Counted from the stretch's first letter, positions 17,788 through 27,479 are shown. The stretch: 54,101 nt of DNA from Candidatus Aminicenantales bacterium (GCA_049696855.1 JBAVUQ010000162.1:1-54101); one strand, 5' to 3'. Numbers and translations: made by a program. Notes: generated by a model from the sequence alone, not told the origin.

Positions 17788-18540
17788 CTAACCGCGCGGT
17801 CCCCAGGTCCAGTAATAGGCGGCGTAGGCATAAAAATGGCTCGGGCCGTGCAAGTCCCGGCCGGCGGAGACCATGAAGATCTGTCCCTTCCCGACGGACA
17901 GAAGGGCGCCAAGGTTGAAGCCGGTCTCCCCGGTCTCTCCCGGGGCTTTGGACGAATTGGCGGTGATTTCCGCGCCGAGCGTGATCCGTTTGGAAAGATC
18001 GCGCTGGGCCTCCCAGCCCACCACCCAATAGCTCTTGTTCCCCGGACCCGGATTGATCCAGTAACCGCCGCCGCCGTAGGTCGTCCACGGCCCCCAGCTC
18101 TTTTGGAGCCAGACAGGCAGGAATATCTGAACATGTCCGCTCCCCAGACCGCGGGCCGGGCTTCCGGCGGGCACCTCGATGTGCGGGAATGTCCCGATCT
18201 GAGGTCTCGAGCGGGTTTCACCGACGAACCTGACCTTGACCCCGAATTCGACGTCGCCGGGGCCGTACTGGAAGGGGAGCCCTCTCGGCTTGGCATAGGC
18301 CATCGGCATGATCAGGTGGAGCATGACGTTCGTGACAGCCCCATAATTGACCTCGATATGCGGGAGAGTGCCCGAAACATCATTGCGGGTGAAGAAGTGC
18401 TGGGAGGCGAGGTAGAGCTCCCAATTGCGGAGGTTGAGGGGAACAGGATCATCCGTGAAGAAAGGAGGCCCTGCCCAGAGGGCGGAGGAAAGGGCGGCCG
18501 CGAAAAAGAGCCCCGATAGGAGCTTCGACGCCATTTTCAT
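17788..18540 (-). CDS. Outer-membrane beta-barrel protein (MetA-pathway/phenol-degradation-like transporter family, from memory)
   Basis: Signal peptide MKMASKLLSGLFFAAALSSALWA, alternating aromatic/glycine strands, and a C-terminus ending in YYWTWGPRG. Confidence 0.6.
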   Translation of the reverse strand: MKMASKLLSGLFFAAALSSALWAGPPFFTDDPVPLNLRNWELYLASQHFFTRNDVSGTLPHIEVNYGAVTNVMLHLIMPMAYAKPRGLPFQYGPGDVEFGVKVRFVGETRSRPQIGTFPHIEVPAGSPARGLGSGHVQIFLPVWLQKSWGPWTTYGGGGYWINPGPGNKSYWVVGWEAQRDLSKRITLGAEITANSSKAPGETGETGFNLGALLSVGKGQIFMVSAGRDLHGPSHFYAYAAYYWTWGPRG

Positions 18541-18635
18541 CGGATTGTTTCCCCCCGCCACGATTATAGGCGACCCAAGCCGTCTGGTCAAAGGCCGCAG
18601 CGTTCAGAATCCGTTTCGGATCGGGGTCGGGCTTA

Positions 18636-19520
18636 TCACTTCTTCCCGAGGCTGCGGTAGACCAGCTCCAGCCATCGGGGAGCGTTCATGAATCCTTTGG
18701 CCCACGGCTCCAGGCTCGCCGGCACCGCCGCGGCCTTGATCTCGTCGAGCGTCTTGCCCGCCTTCATCATCCCGCGGACGAAGTCGGCCGATTCCGCCAG
18801 CATATTCCGGAAGGCCTTGAGCTCGGCCGCCCCTCCGAGCGGGCCGTGCCCGGGGATGATCTTGACGCCGGCCGGCAGGCCGGCCAGGATCGTATCCAGG
18901 TCGCGCACCCAGCTCTCGATGTCGCCGCCGTTGGCCACGTCGAGGAAGGGGAACATGCCGTTGAAGAACATGTCGCCCATGTGCACGACCTTGAGCCCGT
19001 CGAAGAAGGCCACGGTGTCCCCGTCGGTGTGGGCGTGCGGGAAGTGGACCAGCCGGATCTCCTGGCCTCCCGCATAGGCTGTGACCTTATCCGCAAACGT
19101 GATATCGGGCAGCGCCGTCGCCGGCAGGGCCTTGGTGACTCCGCCCATGAGCGTCTGGTCCCTGGCCAGAAGGGCCCGGACGTTCTCGTGGGCGATGATC
19201 GCCGCTCCCGGCCCGAAGGCCTTGTTGCCGTCCGTATGGTCGGAATGCCAGTGCGTATCGACCAGGACCCGTACCCGGCCGCCGCCCGGCAGGGACTTGA
19301 CGGCCTCCCGGACCGCTCCGGCCGTGCCCTCGAACATGGCGTCGATCATGAACAGTCCCGCGTCGTCGGCCACGACGCCGATGTTGCCTCCGCCGCCCTC
19401 GACCATGTAAACAGGCCCGGCGACGGGCACGAGGGTGATCGGAGGCGGCGCCTGCCCCGCGGGTCCGAGCAACGCCAAGGCGCACACTGCGAACAGGACC
19501 TTCAAAGCACTCGAATTCAT
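18636..19520 (-). CDS. Secreted MBL-fold metallohydrolase
   Basis: Signal peptide plus the metal motifs THWHSDHTDGN and HAHTDGD. Confidence 0.85.
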   Translation of the reverse strand: MNSSALKVLFAVCALALLGPAGQAPPPITLVPVAGPVYMVEGGGGNIGVVADDAGLFMIDAMFEGTAGAVREAVKSLPGGGRVRVLVDTHWHSDHTDGNKAFGPGAAIIAHENVRALLARDQTLMGGVTKALPATALPDITFADKVTAYAGGQEIRLVHFPHAHTDGDTVAFFDGLKVVHMGDMFFNGMFPFLDVANGGDIESWVRDLDTILAGLPAGVKIIPGHGPLGGAAELKAFRNMLAESADFVRGMMKAGKTLDEIKAAAVPASLEPWAKGFMNAPRWLELVYRSLGKK

Positions 19521-19545
19521 CGGGAACCTCCCTTCGCCGTCGCGT

Positions 19546-20406
19546 TTAGAGTTCGGCGCCGATCGCCTCTTTTAGGCCGTCGAGGCCGGCCGCGGCGACC
19601 CGCTCGCCGATCATGGCGATCCGTCGCGGCTCGGAGAAGCTGAGGACGCCCTGGTCGACGGGAACCCTCAGGACGAAATCGGCGTGCCGCGCCCGTTCCT
19701 CGAAGGATGCCGCCGAGGCCACCTCGACCGTCCTCTGAACGATCTGGAACGTGCTCTTGAGACGGTCCTTCGACACTCTCTTGAGCGGCCGATGGACGTC
19801 CACGAGGACCGCGACCTCGGCCCCGGCGGTCTTGGCGGCCTCGACGGGGGCGCTGTTGAGGACGCCGCCATCGAGCAGGAGCATGCCGCCCATCCGGACC
19901 GGCGCGAAGACGAGCGGCAGCGACATCGTCGCCCGGAGGGCCCGGATGAGCTTGCCCCTGGTGAACAGGATTTCCCGGCCGGAGACGAGATCGACGGCGT
20001 TGCAGAGGAACTTGACCGGCAGGTCCTCGATGCGGACATTGCCCACGCACCTTTTCAAATAGCCTTCGATGGCGTCTTCCTTGTCCACGCCGATCTTGTG
20101 GATGAAACGGTTCTTGGTGTCCGTGAACAGCAGGTACTCGAACAGGTTCCGCGAACGGCTGAACAGACCCCGGCGGCGGGCCCTGTCGGCGGCGTCTTCG
20201 AGTCCCATGCCGTCGAGCATCTCCGTCAGCCTGGCCCCCGAGAGGCCGGCCGCGAAGAGCCCTCCGACGAGCGCCCCCATGGACGTCCCGGCGATGACGT
20301 CCGGAAGGAGCCCCTTCTTCTCGAGGAGGCGCAGCACGCCGATATGGGCAAGCCCCCGGGCGCCGCCGCCCATGAGGACCAGGGCCCACGTTTTGGAGGC
20401 TCTCAT
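19546..20406 (-). CDS. Patatin-like phospholipase
   Basis: Oxyanion loop GGGARGLAHIGV, nucleophile elbow GTSMG, and a DGG motif in LLLDGGVLN. Confidence 0.9.
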   Translation of the reverse strand: MRASKTWALVLMGGGARGLAHIGVLRLLEKKGLLPDVIAGTSMGALVGGLFAAGLSGARLTEMLDGMGLEDAADRARRRGLFSRSRNLFEYLLFTDTKNRFIHKIGVDKEDAIEGYLKRCVGNVRIEDLPVKFLCNAVDLVSGREILFTRGKLIRALRATMSLPLVFAPVRMGGMLLLDGGVLNSAPVEAAKTAGAEVAVLVDVHRPLKRVSKDRLKSTFQIVQRTVEVASAASFEERARHADFVLRVPVDQGVLSFSEPRRIAMIGERVAAAGLDGLKEAIGAEL

Positions 20407-20546
20407 GCGGGATGCCTAAGGATAACACCGCGCCGGGAGCCCGTCAACGGAGCGGCCGGGGGGTGAGAAATCACCGGCGGATTCACCCCCCGGGGTGATT
20501 GCCTGCGCGCCCGGCGGGCTCATCATCGATGGCGAAGGAGCCGGAC

Positions 20547-20909
20547 ATGTTCGAGAGACGCAAAAGACATCGGTTCGTCGAGCGGAATGAGATCCTCGTC
20601 CGGACCACCGTCGACAAATACCAGGGCGCGGGCATCGCCGCCCACACCTACGACCTGTCCACGGGCGGGGCCAGGATCATCGCTTCAAAAGGCTATCCGG
20701 TCGGGACTTTCATCAAGATCCGCCTCAACCTCGCGGGTTCGGACCAGTCCGTCAACCTCGACGGGGAAGTGAAGTGGCTCAAGCCGACGCCGGACGAAAA
20801 TCTCTATGAGATCGGCGTGGAGTTCGAGCGGCTGACGTCCCAGGCCGTGCTCGCCCTGATCCGCCATCTCTACGGCCGGAACGAGGGCATTCCCACGACC
20901 GTCGCCTAG
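20547..20909 (+). CDS. PilZ-domain protein
   Basis: ATG at 20547 lies 6 nt after AAGGAG. It has RRKRHRF (RxxxR) and DLSTGGARI (DxSxxG) c-di-GMP-binding motifs. Confidence 0.75.
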   Translation: MFERRKRHRFVERNEILVRTTVDKYQGAGIAAHTYDLSTGGARIIASKGYPVGTFIKIRLNLAGSDQSVNLDGEVKWLKPTPDENLYEIGVEFERLTSQAVLALIRHLYGRNEGIPTTVA

Positions 20910-20935
20910 CCTGGACTATTCATAAAAACGCCAGG

Positions 20936-22060
20936 CTACTTCCCGTCCTTCAAATAGAATCCCGCCACTTTAAGCGCCATGGCCGAGGCGTCGATATCCG
21001 AGCGGTTCGCCAGGACGATGACCGTGAGCCCGTCGGCCGTGAAACGCTCGATCGCCGTCCGGAAGCCCACCGTCTCCCCGTAGTGCCACATCCGGGGATG
21101 GCCCTGCCAAGCGTTGAGGAACCAGCCGAAGCCGTAATCGGCCGGCTCGCCGTCGGGCCCGGTCGGCCCCTTGCCCGGGACGCGGACGGGGGTCAGGGCC
21201 GGCCCCATCTCTTCCTCGGTGAGCAGGAGGCGGCGCCGGAGGGATTCGTCCCAGATGGAGAGGTCGTAAAGCGACGAATAGACGCCCCCGTCGCCGAGGG
21301 TCGCCGACGTGGGGCTCTGGTCGGTGAAGCGCCACCGGCCGTCCTCCTCCGTGTAGCCGAAGGCGCGGTCGGAGACTTTCGTCCGGCCCCGGACGAAGGC
21401 CACGGTGTTGTCCATCTTCAGCGGGGCGAAGATGCGCTCGCGGAGGAAGGCGGGGAAGGGCAGGCCCGAGACCTTCTCGACGATGAGCCCGAGCAGGACA
21501 TAGCCCGAGTTGCTGTAGCGCCAGTGGGCCCCCGGCGCGAACCAGCCGGCTTTCTGGCCTTTGAGAAGCTCGAGCACCCCGGCGTCGTCGATCTGCGCCT
21601 GTTCGACGGGAACGGAAGGGTCCGCCGGAGGCATCAGATCCTCGTAATCGGGAAGTCCCGAGGTGTGGTTGAGAAGGTGGCGGACGGTGATGGCGCGGCC
21701 GTATTCCGGGAAACCGGGCAAAAGACCGGACAGGCTGTCTTCGTAACGGAGCTTGCCGTCGCGCACGAGCAGCATCACGGCCGCCGCGGTGAACTGCTTG
21801 GTGACCGAAGCCAGGCGGAAGGCCGTCCGGCCGTCGATCGGACGCATGGCCTGAAGGTCCCCGACGCCGCGCCTGCCGAGATAGGCGACTTTTCCGCCGG
21901 CGATCACCAGGATCCCCGCCCCGGGCTCGCGCTCGGAGCCGATGCGGGCCAGGAGCGCGTCGGCCAGCCTGTTGGGCTTGTCCGCGGCCCCGGCCGGCCG
22001 GCCCGCGACGAGGAGCGGCAGGGCCAGCATGAGGAGAACTTGACCCATGGACATGTCCAT
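20936..22060 (-). CDS. Serine hydrolase of the class C beta-lactamase/PBP family
   Basis: The start is placed at MDMSMGQVLLMLALPLL (signal peptide). It has SxxK in SVTKQF and YxN in YSNSGY. The ORF-track upstream extension overlaps the preceding gene. Confidence 0.85.
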   Translation of the reverse strand: MDMSMGQVLLMLALPLLVAGRPAGAADKPNRLADALLARIGSEREPGAGILVIAGGKVAYLGRRGVGDLQAMRPIDGRTAFRLASVTKQFTAAAVMLLVRDGKLRYEDSLSGLLPGFPEYGRAITVRHLLNHTSGLPDYEDLMPPADPSVPVEQAQIDDAGVLELLKGQKAGWFAPGAHWRYSNSGYVLLGLIVEKVSGLPFPAFLRERIFAPLKMDNTVAFVRGRTKVSDRAFGYTEEDGRWRFTDQSPTSATLGDGGVYSSLYDLSIWDESLRRRLLLTEEEMGPALTPVRVPGKGPTGPDGEPADYGFGWFLNAWQGHPRMWHYGETVGFRTAIERFTADGLTVIVLANRSDIDASAMALKVAGFYLKDGK

Positions 22061-22115
22061 CTCGAGCGCATCGTAGACCAGAGGCGCGTCGAATTCAAGG
22101 CCTGGCCCTTCGAGG

Positions 22116-24269
22116 TCAGATGCGGAGCAGGTAAGAGACCTTGAGGGTGATCGAGTAGCCGCCGACCCGGACGAAGAACTCGTTCCGCTCGCTCTTCTTG
22201 AGCGCGAGCTGGACGACGTTGCCGGCCCCGAAATAGTACCCGACCAGGAAATCGAGGCTGTATTGCTTCTCCCGGGTTTCGCCGAAGTAGCGCGTGTTGA
22301 GGAACAGGCTCCGGGTGAGCTGGTAATGGAGGGCCGTCTCATAGGTCAGGCCGTCGAAGACCTCGGTTCCGCTGAGGTCCGAGGTCTGCCGGATCCAGCC
22401 TCCCTGGACCGACCACTCGAAGTTGGAGCGCGGCCGCAGCACCAGCTGACCCTCGATGTTCGTCTCGGCGCCGGGGACGACGGCCGTGTATTCCTCGTTG
22501 TAGACGCCCCGCTTTTCCCAGCCGGCCTCGACATTGACCTCTTTGAAAAAGCCTCCGCGATCCCAGCTGAGGTCAAGAAAGTAGCCCCGGGTCTTGATGT
22601 CGTCCGGCGTCCAGACAAGCTTATCGTCGACGTCGAGGACCTGGTACTTGCTCCGGCCGAGCTGAATTCCGCCGTGGAAATCGATGCGGTTGAAGAGCTC
22701 GGAGAAGACCATCAGCTCCACGGTTTCGCCGGTGGCGTTGCCGTAGGAATCCTGGCGGGCCACCCCGCCGACGTCGAAGCTGAAGCGCTTGAAGAGCCCC
22801 TTGTTGTAGCGCCAGGCGTGGCCGACCATGAGGTCGAAGGATTGGATGTCCTTCTGGTCGAGGTAGCCGGTGCTGATGTCGACGTTGTCCTCGATCCTCT
22901 GGAAGCCTCCCATGACCTGCAGGCCCGCGTCCGGCTCCCGCTGGAAGCCGAGCTGATAGATGCCGTTGCGGGAGTTGGGCACGCCCTCGTTGAAGGTGAA
23001 GGCGCCCATGCCCTGGATATAGTAAAAGTCCTTGAAATTGAAATTGAAGTCGACGGCCACGTTCTGGTTGCGGGCGTCGCCGTCGCGGACTCCGGCGTAA
23101 TAGACCCCGACCTGCGAGTTCTTGAGGATGTCCTTCTGGACGCGGAAAACGCCGAAATAGGAGTCGCGCGGATCCTCGTCCGTGCCGACGTCGACCTTGT
23201 TGATCGCCCCGAGGATGCCGAAGCCGAAGCCGCCGGTCTTGCCCGAGATTTTGGCCGCGGCCCGGGGATTCCGGATGCGGCGGGAGTAGAACAGGCTGAC
23301 GCCGCCTTCGTCGTATTCGTCGTTCTCCCCCAGCGTGAAATAGCGGCTGCCCTCGGTGAAGAAGGGCCGATGCTCCTGAAGGTAGTTCTCGTACGGCGAG
23401 AGCTGATAGATGAACGGGTCGGATTCGACCTCGCTGAAGTCGGGGCTGGCCGTGACGTCGAGATAGAGGTTGGGCTTGATGCCCCACTTGGCGTCGAGGC
23501 CGGCCGCGGCCTTGGTGTCCGTCTCGCGGCCCTCCGCGGCGTCGAATTCGGACGTTCGGACGCCCGCATAAGGGAAGAACTCGAGGTTGTAGCCCGGCCT
23601 GAGGCCGCTCAGGCCCCGGAGCTCGCCGCTCTGTTGAAGCTCGGGCAGGTCGCGCTTGACGTCGGTCCAAAAGTCCGTCTCGTTGAGGCGGTTGATGTAG
23701 CGCTCGAAGTTGACGCCCCAGACGGCGAGCTTCTTGGCCGAGAAGCGGAGCGATTTGAAGGGGATGGCCATCTCGGCGCTCCAGCCGTCCGGGCGAATGA
23801 CGGCCTCGGACTTCCAGATCGTCTCGACGGAGTTCTTCTGGACGCCCCTGGGATTGACCTCGAATTCGATGCTCGTCCGCTTGTCGTTGTAGGCGTCGAG
23901 GATGAGCTTGATCGAGTCGTTGTTCTCGTACTCGTTGCGCGGCGTCAGCTCGGCCCAGATCTTGCGGGGCTCCGAATCCTTCATGAGAAAGGCGAAATAG
24001 AGATAGTCCTGGTCAAAGGCCGCCCAGACGAACGTCTCTTCGGAAGCCTTGACGCCGTTAATGGGATCGTACTGGGTGAAGTCGTCGACGGGCTTGATCG
24101 CCTTCCAGCAGGCGTCGTCGATGTAGCCGTCGATCCTCGGCGGCGCCGTGACGACCGGGCGCACATCGAGGACCTTGAGCGGCTCCTGCGCGGCGAGCGG
24201 GGCGGCGAGGAGGGCGAAGAGCGCGGGGACGAGCAGTCCGGTCGATGCGCGGTGTCGGCGGTGCGGCAT
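22116..24269 (-). CDS. CBM9/DOMON-like domain protein with large barrel-like C-terminal region (DUF5916-like)
   Basis: In-frame ATG at 24269 gives a signal peptide (LLVPALFALLAAPLAAQ). The N-domain IDGYIDDACWKAIKPVDDFTQYDP..YLYFAFLMKDSEP is CBM9-like, and the remainder is rich in alternating beta-strand patterns, ending in LKVSYLLRI. Confidence 0.8.
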   Translation of the reverse strand: MPHRRHRASTGLLVPALFALLAAPLAAQEPLKVLDVRPVVTAPPRIDGYIDDACWKAIKPVDDFTQYDPINGVKASEETFVWAAFDQDYLYFAFLMKDSEPRKIWAELTPRNEYENNDSIKLILDAYNDKRTSIEFEVNPRGVQKNSVETIWKSEAVIRPDGWSAEMAIPFKSLRFSAKKLAVWGVNFERYINRLNETDFWTDVKRDLPELQQSGELRGLSGLRPGYNLEFFPYAGVRTSEFDAAEGRETDTKAAAGLDAKWGIKPNLYLDVTASPDFSEVESDPFIYQLSPYENYLQEHRPFFTEGSRYFTLGENDEYDEGGVSLFYSRRIRNPRAAAKISGKTGGFGFGILGAINKVDVGTDEDPRDSYFGVFRVQKDILKNSQVGVYYAGVRDGDARNQNVAVDFNFNFKDFYYIQGMGAFTFNEGVPNSRNGIYQLGFQREPDAGLQVMGGFQRIEDNVDISTGYLDQKDIQSFDLMVGHAWRYNKGLFKRFSFDVGGVARQDSYGNATGETVELMVFSELFNRIDFHGGIQLGRSKYQVLDVDDKLVWTPDDIKTRGYFLDLSWDRGGFFKEVNVEAGWEKRGVYNEEYTAVVPGAETNIEGQLVLRPRSNFEWSVQGGWIRQTSDLSGTEVFDGLTYETALHYQLTRSLFLNTRYFGETREKQYSLDFLVGYYFGAGNVVQLALKKSERNEFFVRVGGYSITLKVSYLLRI

Positions 24270-24363
24270 TCTGCGGGCTCCTAAAGGCACGATTGTACAT
24301 CCTTTTGACGCGAGATGGCCGGATTTCTTCCCGTAGAAAAGCCGGGGGAGGACCGCCGATCGC

Positions 24364-25425
24364 CTACATCCGGCCGGCCGCAGGACTGCCGGCTGGGCCC
24401 GCGGGACGGTCCCCCGCGCTTCCCTGCGGGTGGCAGGAATAGCAGGCGGGGGAACTGTACGAGTATCCGGTGACGTCCCTGTGATGGCTGTCCGTCGACG
24501 CCTTCTCGTGGCATCCGAGGCAGTTGAAGACCCGGAAATCGCTCGTCTGATGGCATTCGGAACAGGCCAGCCCCGAGTGCCTCCCGGACCGGATGGGGAA
24601 GGGATGGTCGAAATTCGCGCCCGACCAGCCGGTCGCGGATGTCCCGTGGCATGACGGGCAATCGGTCGGGAACCCGGAGGCCCGGTGGTTGGGATCGGTC
24701 GTGCCGCTGTAATCGGCGAGGTGGCAGGACACGCATTCCGTCGATGTGCCCTGGTAGACGCCGTTCTTGTGGCAGTCCGAACAGAGGGCCGTCTTGTGCC
24801 GGCCCTGAAGAGCGAAGCCGGTGTGCGCGATCGACGCGTCCGACCAGCTTCGCTGGGAGTGGCATGACGGACATGTCGTCGGGAAGCCGGCCTGGAAGTG
24901 GTTCGGGTCCTGGGCCCCCCGGTAATCGGCTTCGTGGCATCCGAAGCAATCCGTCGGGCGGGCCGAGAAGCCGGCGCTCCCGTGGCAGGCCTCGCAGTCG
25001 AGGGTCCGATGGATGCCCTCGAGCCGGTAGCCCACGTTCGTTTCGTGGCTCCAGAGTGCCGGATCGACCTTTTTCCAGGATTGGGGCGTATGACAGTCGG
25101 CGCAGCGCGTGCCGAGGCGGAGGGAGTAGCGGTCGTCCTGGCGCCGCTCCCAGTGGCAGACCTCGCAGTCGGTCGGCGTGCCTTCGAAGACCAGGTTGAT
25201 GTGGCACTCCCGGCAGTCCAGAGTCCGGTGCTTGCCGACGAGCGGGAAGTTGGTCCGGTCATGGGATTCGATCGTTCCCTGCCGGCCGATCCGGGAGGGC
25301 TTGGCCGCTGCTCCGGCTTTTTCCTGCCCCGTGCCCGGTCCGGCCCCGAGGACGAGAAGGATCGGGAGGATGAGCGCTCCGGCCATGGCCATGGCCGGAG
25401 CGGATTTCGTTCGGATGCGGGTCAT
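24364..25425 (-). CDS. Secreted dodecahaem c-type cytochrome (paired-CxxCH type)
   Basis: Signal peptide plus 12 CxxCH motifs counted (CRECH, CEVCH, CADCH, CEACH, CFGCH, CPSCH, CSDCH, CVSCH, CPSCH, CSECH, CLGCH, CYSCH). Confidence 0.9.
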   Translation of the reverse strand: MTRIRTKSAPAMAMAGALILPILLVLGAGPGTGQEKAGAAAKPSRIGRQGTIESHDRTNFPLVGKHRTLDCRECHINLVFEGTPTDCEVCHWERRQDDRYSLRLGTRCADCHTPQSWKKVDPALWSHETNVGYRLEGIHRTLDCEACHGSAGFSARPTDCFGCHEADYRGAQDPNHFQAGFPTTCPSCHSQRSWSDASIAHTGFALQGRHKTALCSDCHKNGVYQGTSTECVSCHLADYSGTTDPNHRASGFPTDCPSCHGTSATGWSGANFDHPFPIRSGRHSGLACSECHQTSDFRVFNCLGCHEKASTDSHHRDVTGYSYSSPACYSCHPQGSAGDRPAGPAGSPAAGRM

Positions 25426-25432
25426 GGCGTCC

Positions 25433-26731
25433 TCACCGGCTCCTGTAGATCAGCCGGACGAACAGAAAGTGCTCGTTATCGCCGGAGTGAAGGAATCCGC
25501 CGTACTCGATCGAGGCCGAGAGCTCCCGGCCGAGCCGGATGAGGGTCCCGAGCGCGACATTCCGATAGTCGGCGATGGTGATGGGCAGGGGTTCCCCCGT
25601 GCCCGGATCGAACCGCAGCCCCCGGAACGTGTTCGAGAAGCTGGCGTTCAACGAGAAACGCCCCAGATCCTTGGTCAGCGAGACATAATAGGAATCGGAT
25701 TCGGACAGGTCGCCGCGGTTGAGGGCGTAGTTCCCGACGACGGTCAGGCCCGGCATCAGGAAGTTCCAAACGGAGGCGCCGAAGCGCCAGGTGTGGTTGA
25801 CGATGCCGAGGTCGTTCTGCCGGCTTTCCTGGCGGGCCACGGAGAGCCGCAGCCCGCGGACCGGCTTGAGACTGAACCGGACCCCGTAATAGCTCGAATA
25901 ATAGAACCGCTCGACGTCCTGGTTGAACAGCGTCGGGTCCTGGGACGCTTCGATGAGGTAGCGGTGGAAATCGAGCCCCTTGCCGGAGCTGTAGCTCGCG
26001 GTCACGTCGGCCTTCGAGCCGAGGTCGAGGCGGATATTCCCGAACAGCCGGGACAGGCGGTTCGTTCCGGCGACATGGCGGCCGAGCTCGTACTCGGCGT
26101 CGCCGTACAGGACCAGGATCCGGCGCACCGGGAGGAACAGGGTCCCGTAGGCGAACCGGCGCTCGACGCTGCCGTCGAACATCAGCTGGCTTACGGTCAA
26201 GCCGGCCGTCCGTCCCTGAGGTCCGAGCCAGCGGACGAAGGCGCCGGCCTTATAATATTTCGAATCCAGCCGGGCGATGTACGGCGTCGATTCGAGACCG
26301 CCGAAGGCGCCGACAAGAAAGTCGCGTCCGAGCTTGATCCCGGCCATCCCGCCGAGGAGCGCGCCGATCCCCGCGGTATCGTAAAGGTTCATCTGGCCGA
26401 GCGACAGATAGAACCGCGAGCCCGGCTTGTCGAACGTCAGGCGGGCGCTGTAGAGGATGAGCTGGTTGGTCGTCCGGTCCCGGATGCCGACCCTGTCGCG
26501 GGCGTCCAGATCCAGGGTCCAGCCCTGTCCCGGAGGATCGATCAAGACGAACTTGACCCGGGCCGAGACCTGATTGGAGAAGATCCCGTCGGAGTAGCGC
26601 GAGCCGTTCCAGTCGAGATAGACGGTCTCTTTTTGATAGAAGGAGGATGCGGGGTATTGGGCGGGCAGCCGTGTCGCGGAGAGAAGGAGCCCCGCCGCGA
26701 CGAGGAGCCAGGCCGCTATCGCGCGTCGCAC
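25433..26731 (-). CDS. Predicted outer-membrane beta-barrel (porin-like) protein
   Basis: Signal peptide MRRAIAAWLLVAAGLLLSATRLPAQ, no Cys, and repeated amphipathic strands with Y/F/G-rich turns. It lies 2 nt after one cytochrome gene and 7 nt before the other. Confidence 0.65.
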   Translation of the reverse strand: MRRAIAAWLLVAAGLLLSATRLPAQYPASSFYQKETVYLDWNGSRYSDGIFSNQVSARVKFVLIDPPGQGWTLDLDARDRVGIRDRTTNQLILYSARLTFDKPGSRFYLSLGQMNLYDTAGIGALLGGMAGIKLGRDFLVGAFGGLESTPYIARLDSKYYKAGAFVRWLGPQGRTAGLTVSQLMFDGSVERRFAYGTLFLPVRRILVLYGDAEYELGRHVAGTNRLSRLFGNIRLDLGSKADVTASYSSGKGLDFHRYLIEASQDPTLFNQDVERFYYSSYYGVRFSLKPVRGLRLSVARQESRQNDLGIVNHTWRFGASVWNFLMPGLTVVGNYALNRGDLSESDSYYVSLTKDLGRFSLNASFSNTFRGLRFDPGTGEPLPITIADYRNVALGTLIRLGRELSASIEYGGFLHSGDNEHFLFVRLIYRSR

Positions 26732-26733
26732 GA

Positions 26734-27306
26734 TCAGATCCCCTCCGTCCGCCGCCCGACGGACCAGCTGTCCTGGTCATGGCACGACAAGCAGAGATCC
26801 TGTTTGCCGGGATGAGGCGAGGTATGACAGCCCTTGCAGCCCGCGACCTTGAGAAGATAGGACCGGCCGTATTTCCTCGGCAGGACGTTGGCCGGCGCAT
26901 GGCAGGTGTCGCAGGATTTGACCTTGAGATGGGCGCCCTGGAGGTCCGCGCCGGTCTCGGCATGGTCGAAATCCGCGGGATCCAGGTTGAGGAGGTCGGC
27001 CTGCCGGCCCTGATGCTCGGCGTGACAGATGCCGCAGTCCTCGGCCTTATCGCGGTGGAAGCCCCGAGGGGCGGCGATCCGGGAGGCGATTTCTGTATGG
27101 CAGGCCAGGCACTTGGCTGGGCCTGTCTTGCCGGGGGCGACGTGGCAGGCCGAGCAATCGCCCTCTCCTGGCTTGGCCGCATGCGAGGCGCTGAGCGGGC
27201 CGGGCATCTCCTGGGCGGCCCCGGACCCGCGGGCGACAGGGGAGAGGACCAGGGCCAGGATCACGCCCAGGCCGGCGAGCGGGAGGATCGAGCTCTGGCT
27301 TGCCAT
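26734..27306 (-). CDS. Secreted hexahaem c-type cytochrome
   Basis: 6 CxxCH motifs (CSACH, CLACH, CGICH, CDTCH, CKGCH, CLSCH). The start is set at the second ATG (27306) because the promoter candidate's -10 box ends only 2 nt upstream of the first ATG (27324). Confidence 0.85.
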   Translation of the reverse strand: MASQSSILPLAGLGVILALVLSPVARGSGAAQEMPGPLSASHAAKPGEGDCSACHVAPGKTGPAKCLACHTEIASRIAAPRGFHRDKAEDCGICHAEHQGRQADLLNLDPADFDHAETGADLQGAHLKVKSCDTCHAPANVLPRKYGRSYLLKVAGCKGCHTSPHPGKQDLCLSCHDQDSWSVGRRTEGI

Positions 27307-27326
27307 AAATCCTACTATGTCCATAT

Positions 27327-27355
27327 ATCCTATCTATATAATAGGAACCTGTCAA
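27327..27355 (-). promoter_or_regulatory. Candidate sigma70-type promoter of the cytochrome operon (TTGACA-17 nt-TAGGAT)
   Basis: On the minus strand, TTGACA at 27355-27350 and TAGGAT at 27332-27327. A short palindrome TCCTAT-N7-ATAGGA overlaps it. Confidence 0.45.
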
Positions 27356-27479
27356 ATACGATCGAACCTCCGGCCCTGTGCCGGACGGGGATTTCCTCCC
27401 CATGTTCACCTTTAGAGGTGATTGACGGTCATGGGGGCTAATCGGATGATAGGCCTGAAAAAGCGCAAGGAGTCCGACC

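Noticed and set aside
22263-24284. 673-aa plus-strand ORF
   Set aside because: It is an antisense shadow of the CBM9/DOMON-like barrel gene.
24270-25262. N-terminal 330 codons of the listed 1048-aa ORF 22116-25262
   Set aside because: This part overlaps the dodecahaem cytochrome gene in another frame and is Arg/Pro/Thr/Ser-rich. An in-frame ATG at 24269 gives a proper signal peptide, so the gene is called as 22116-24269.
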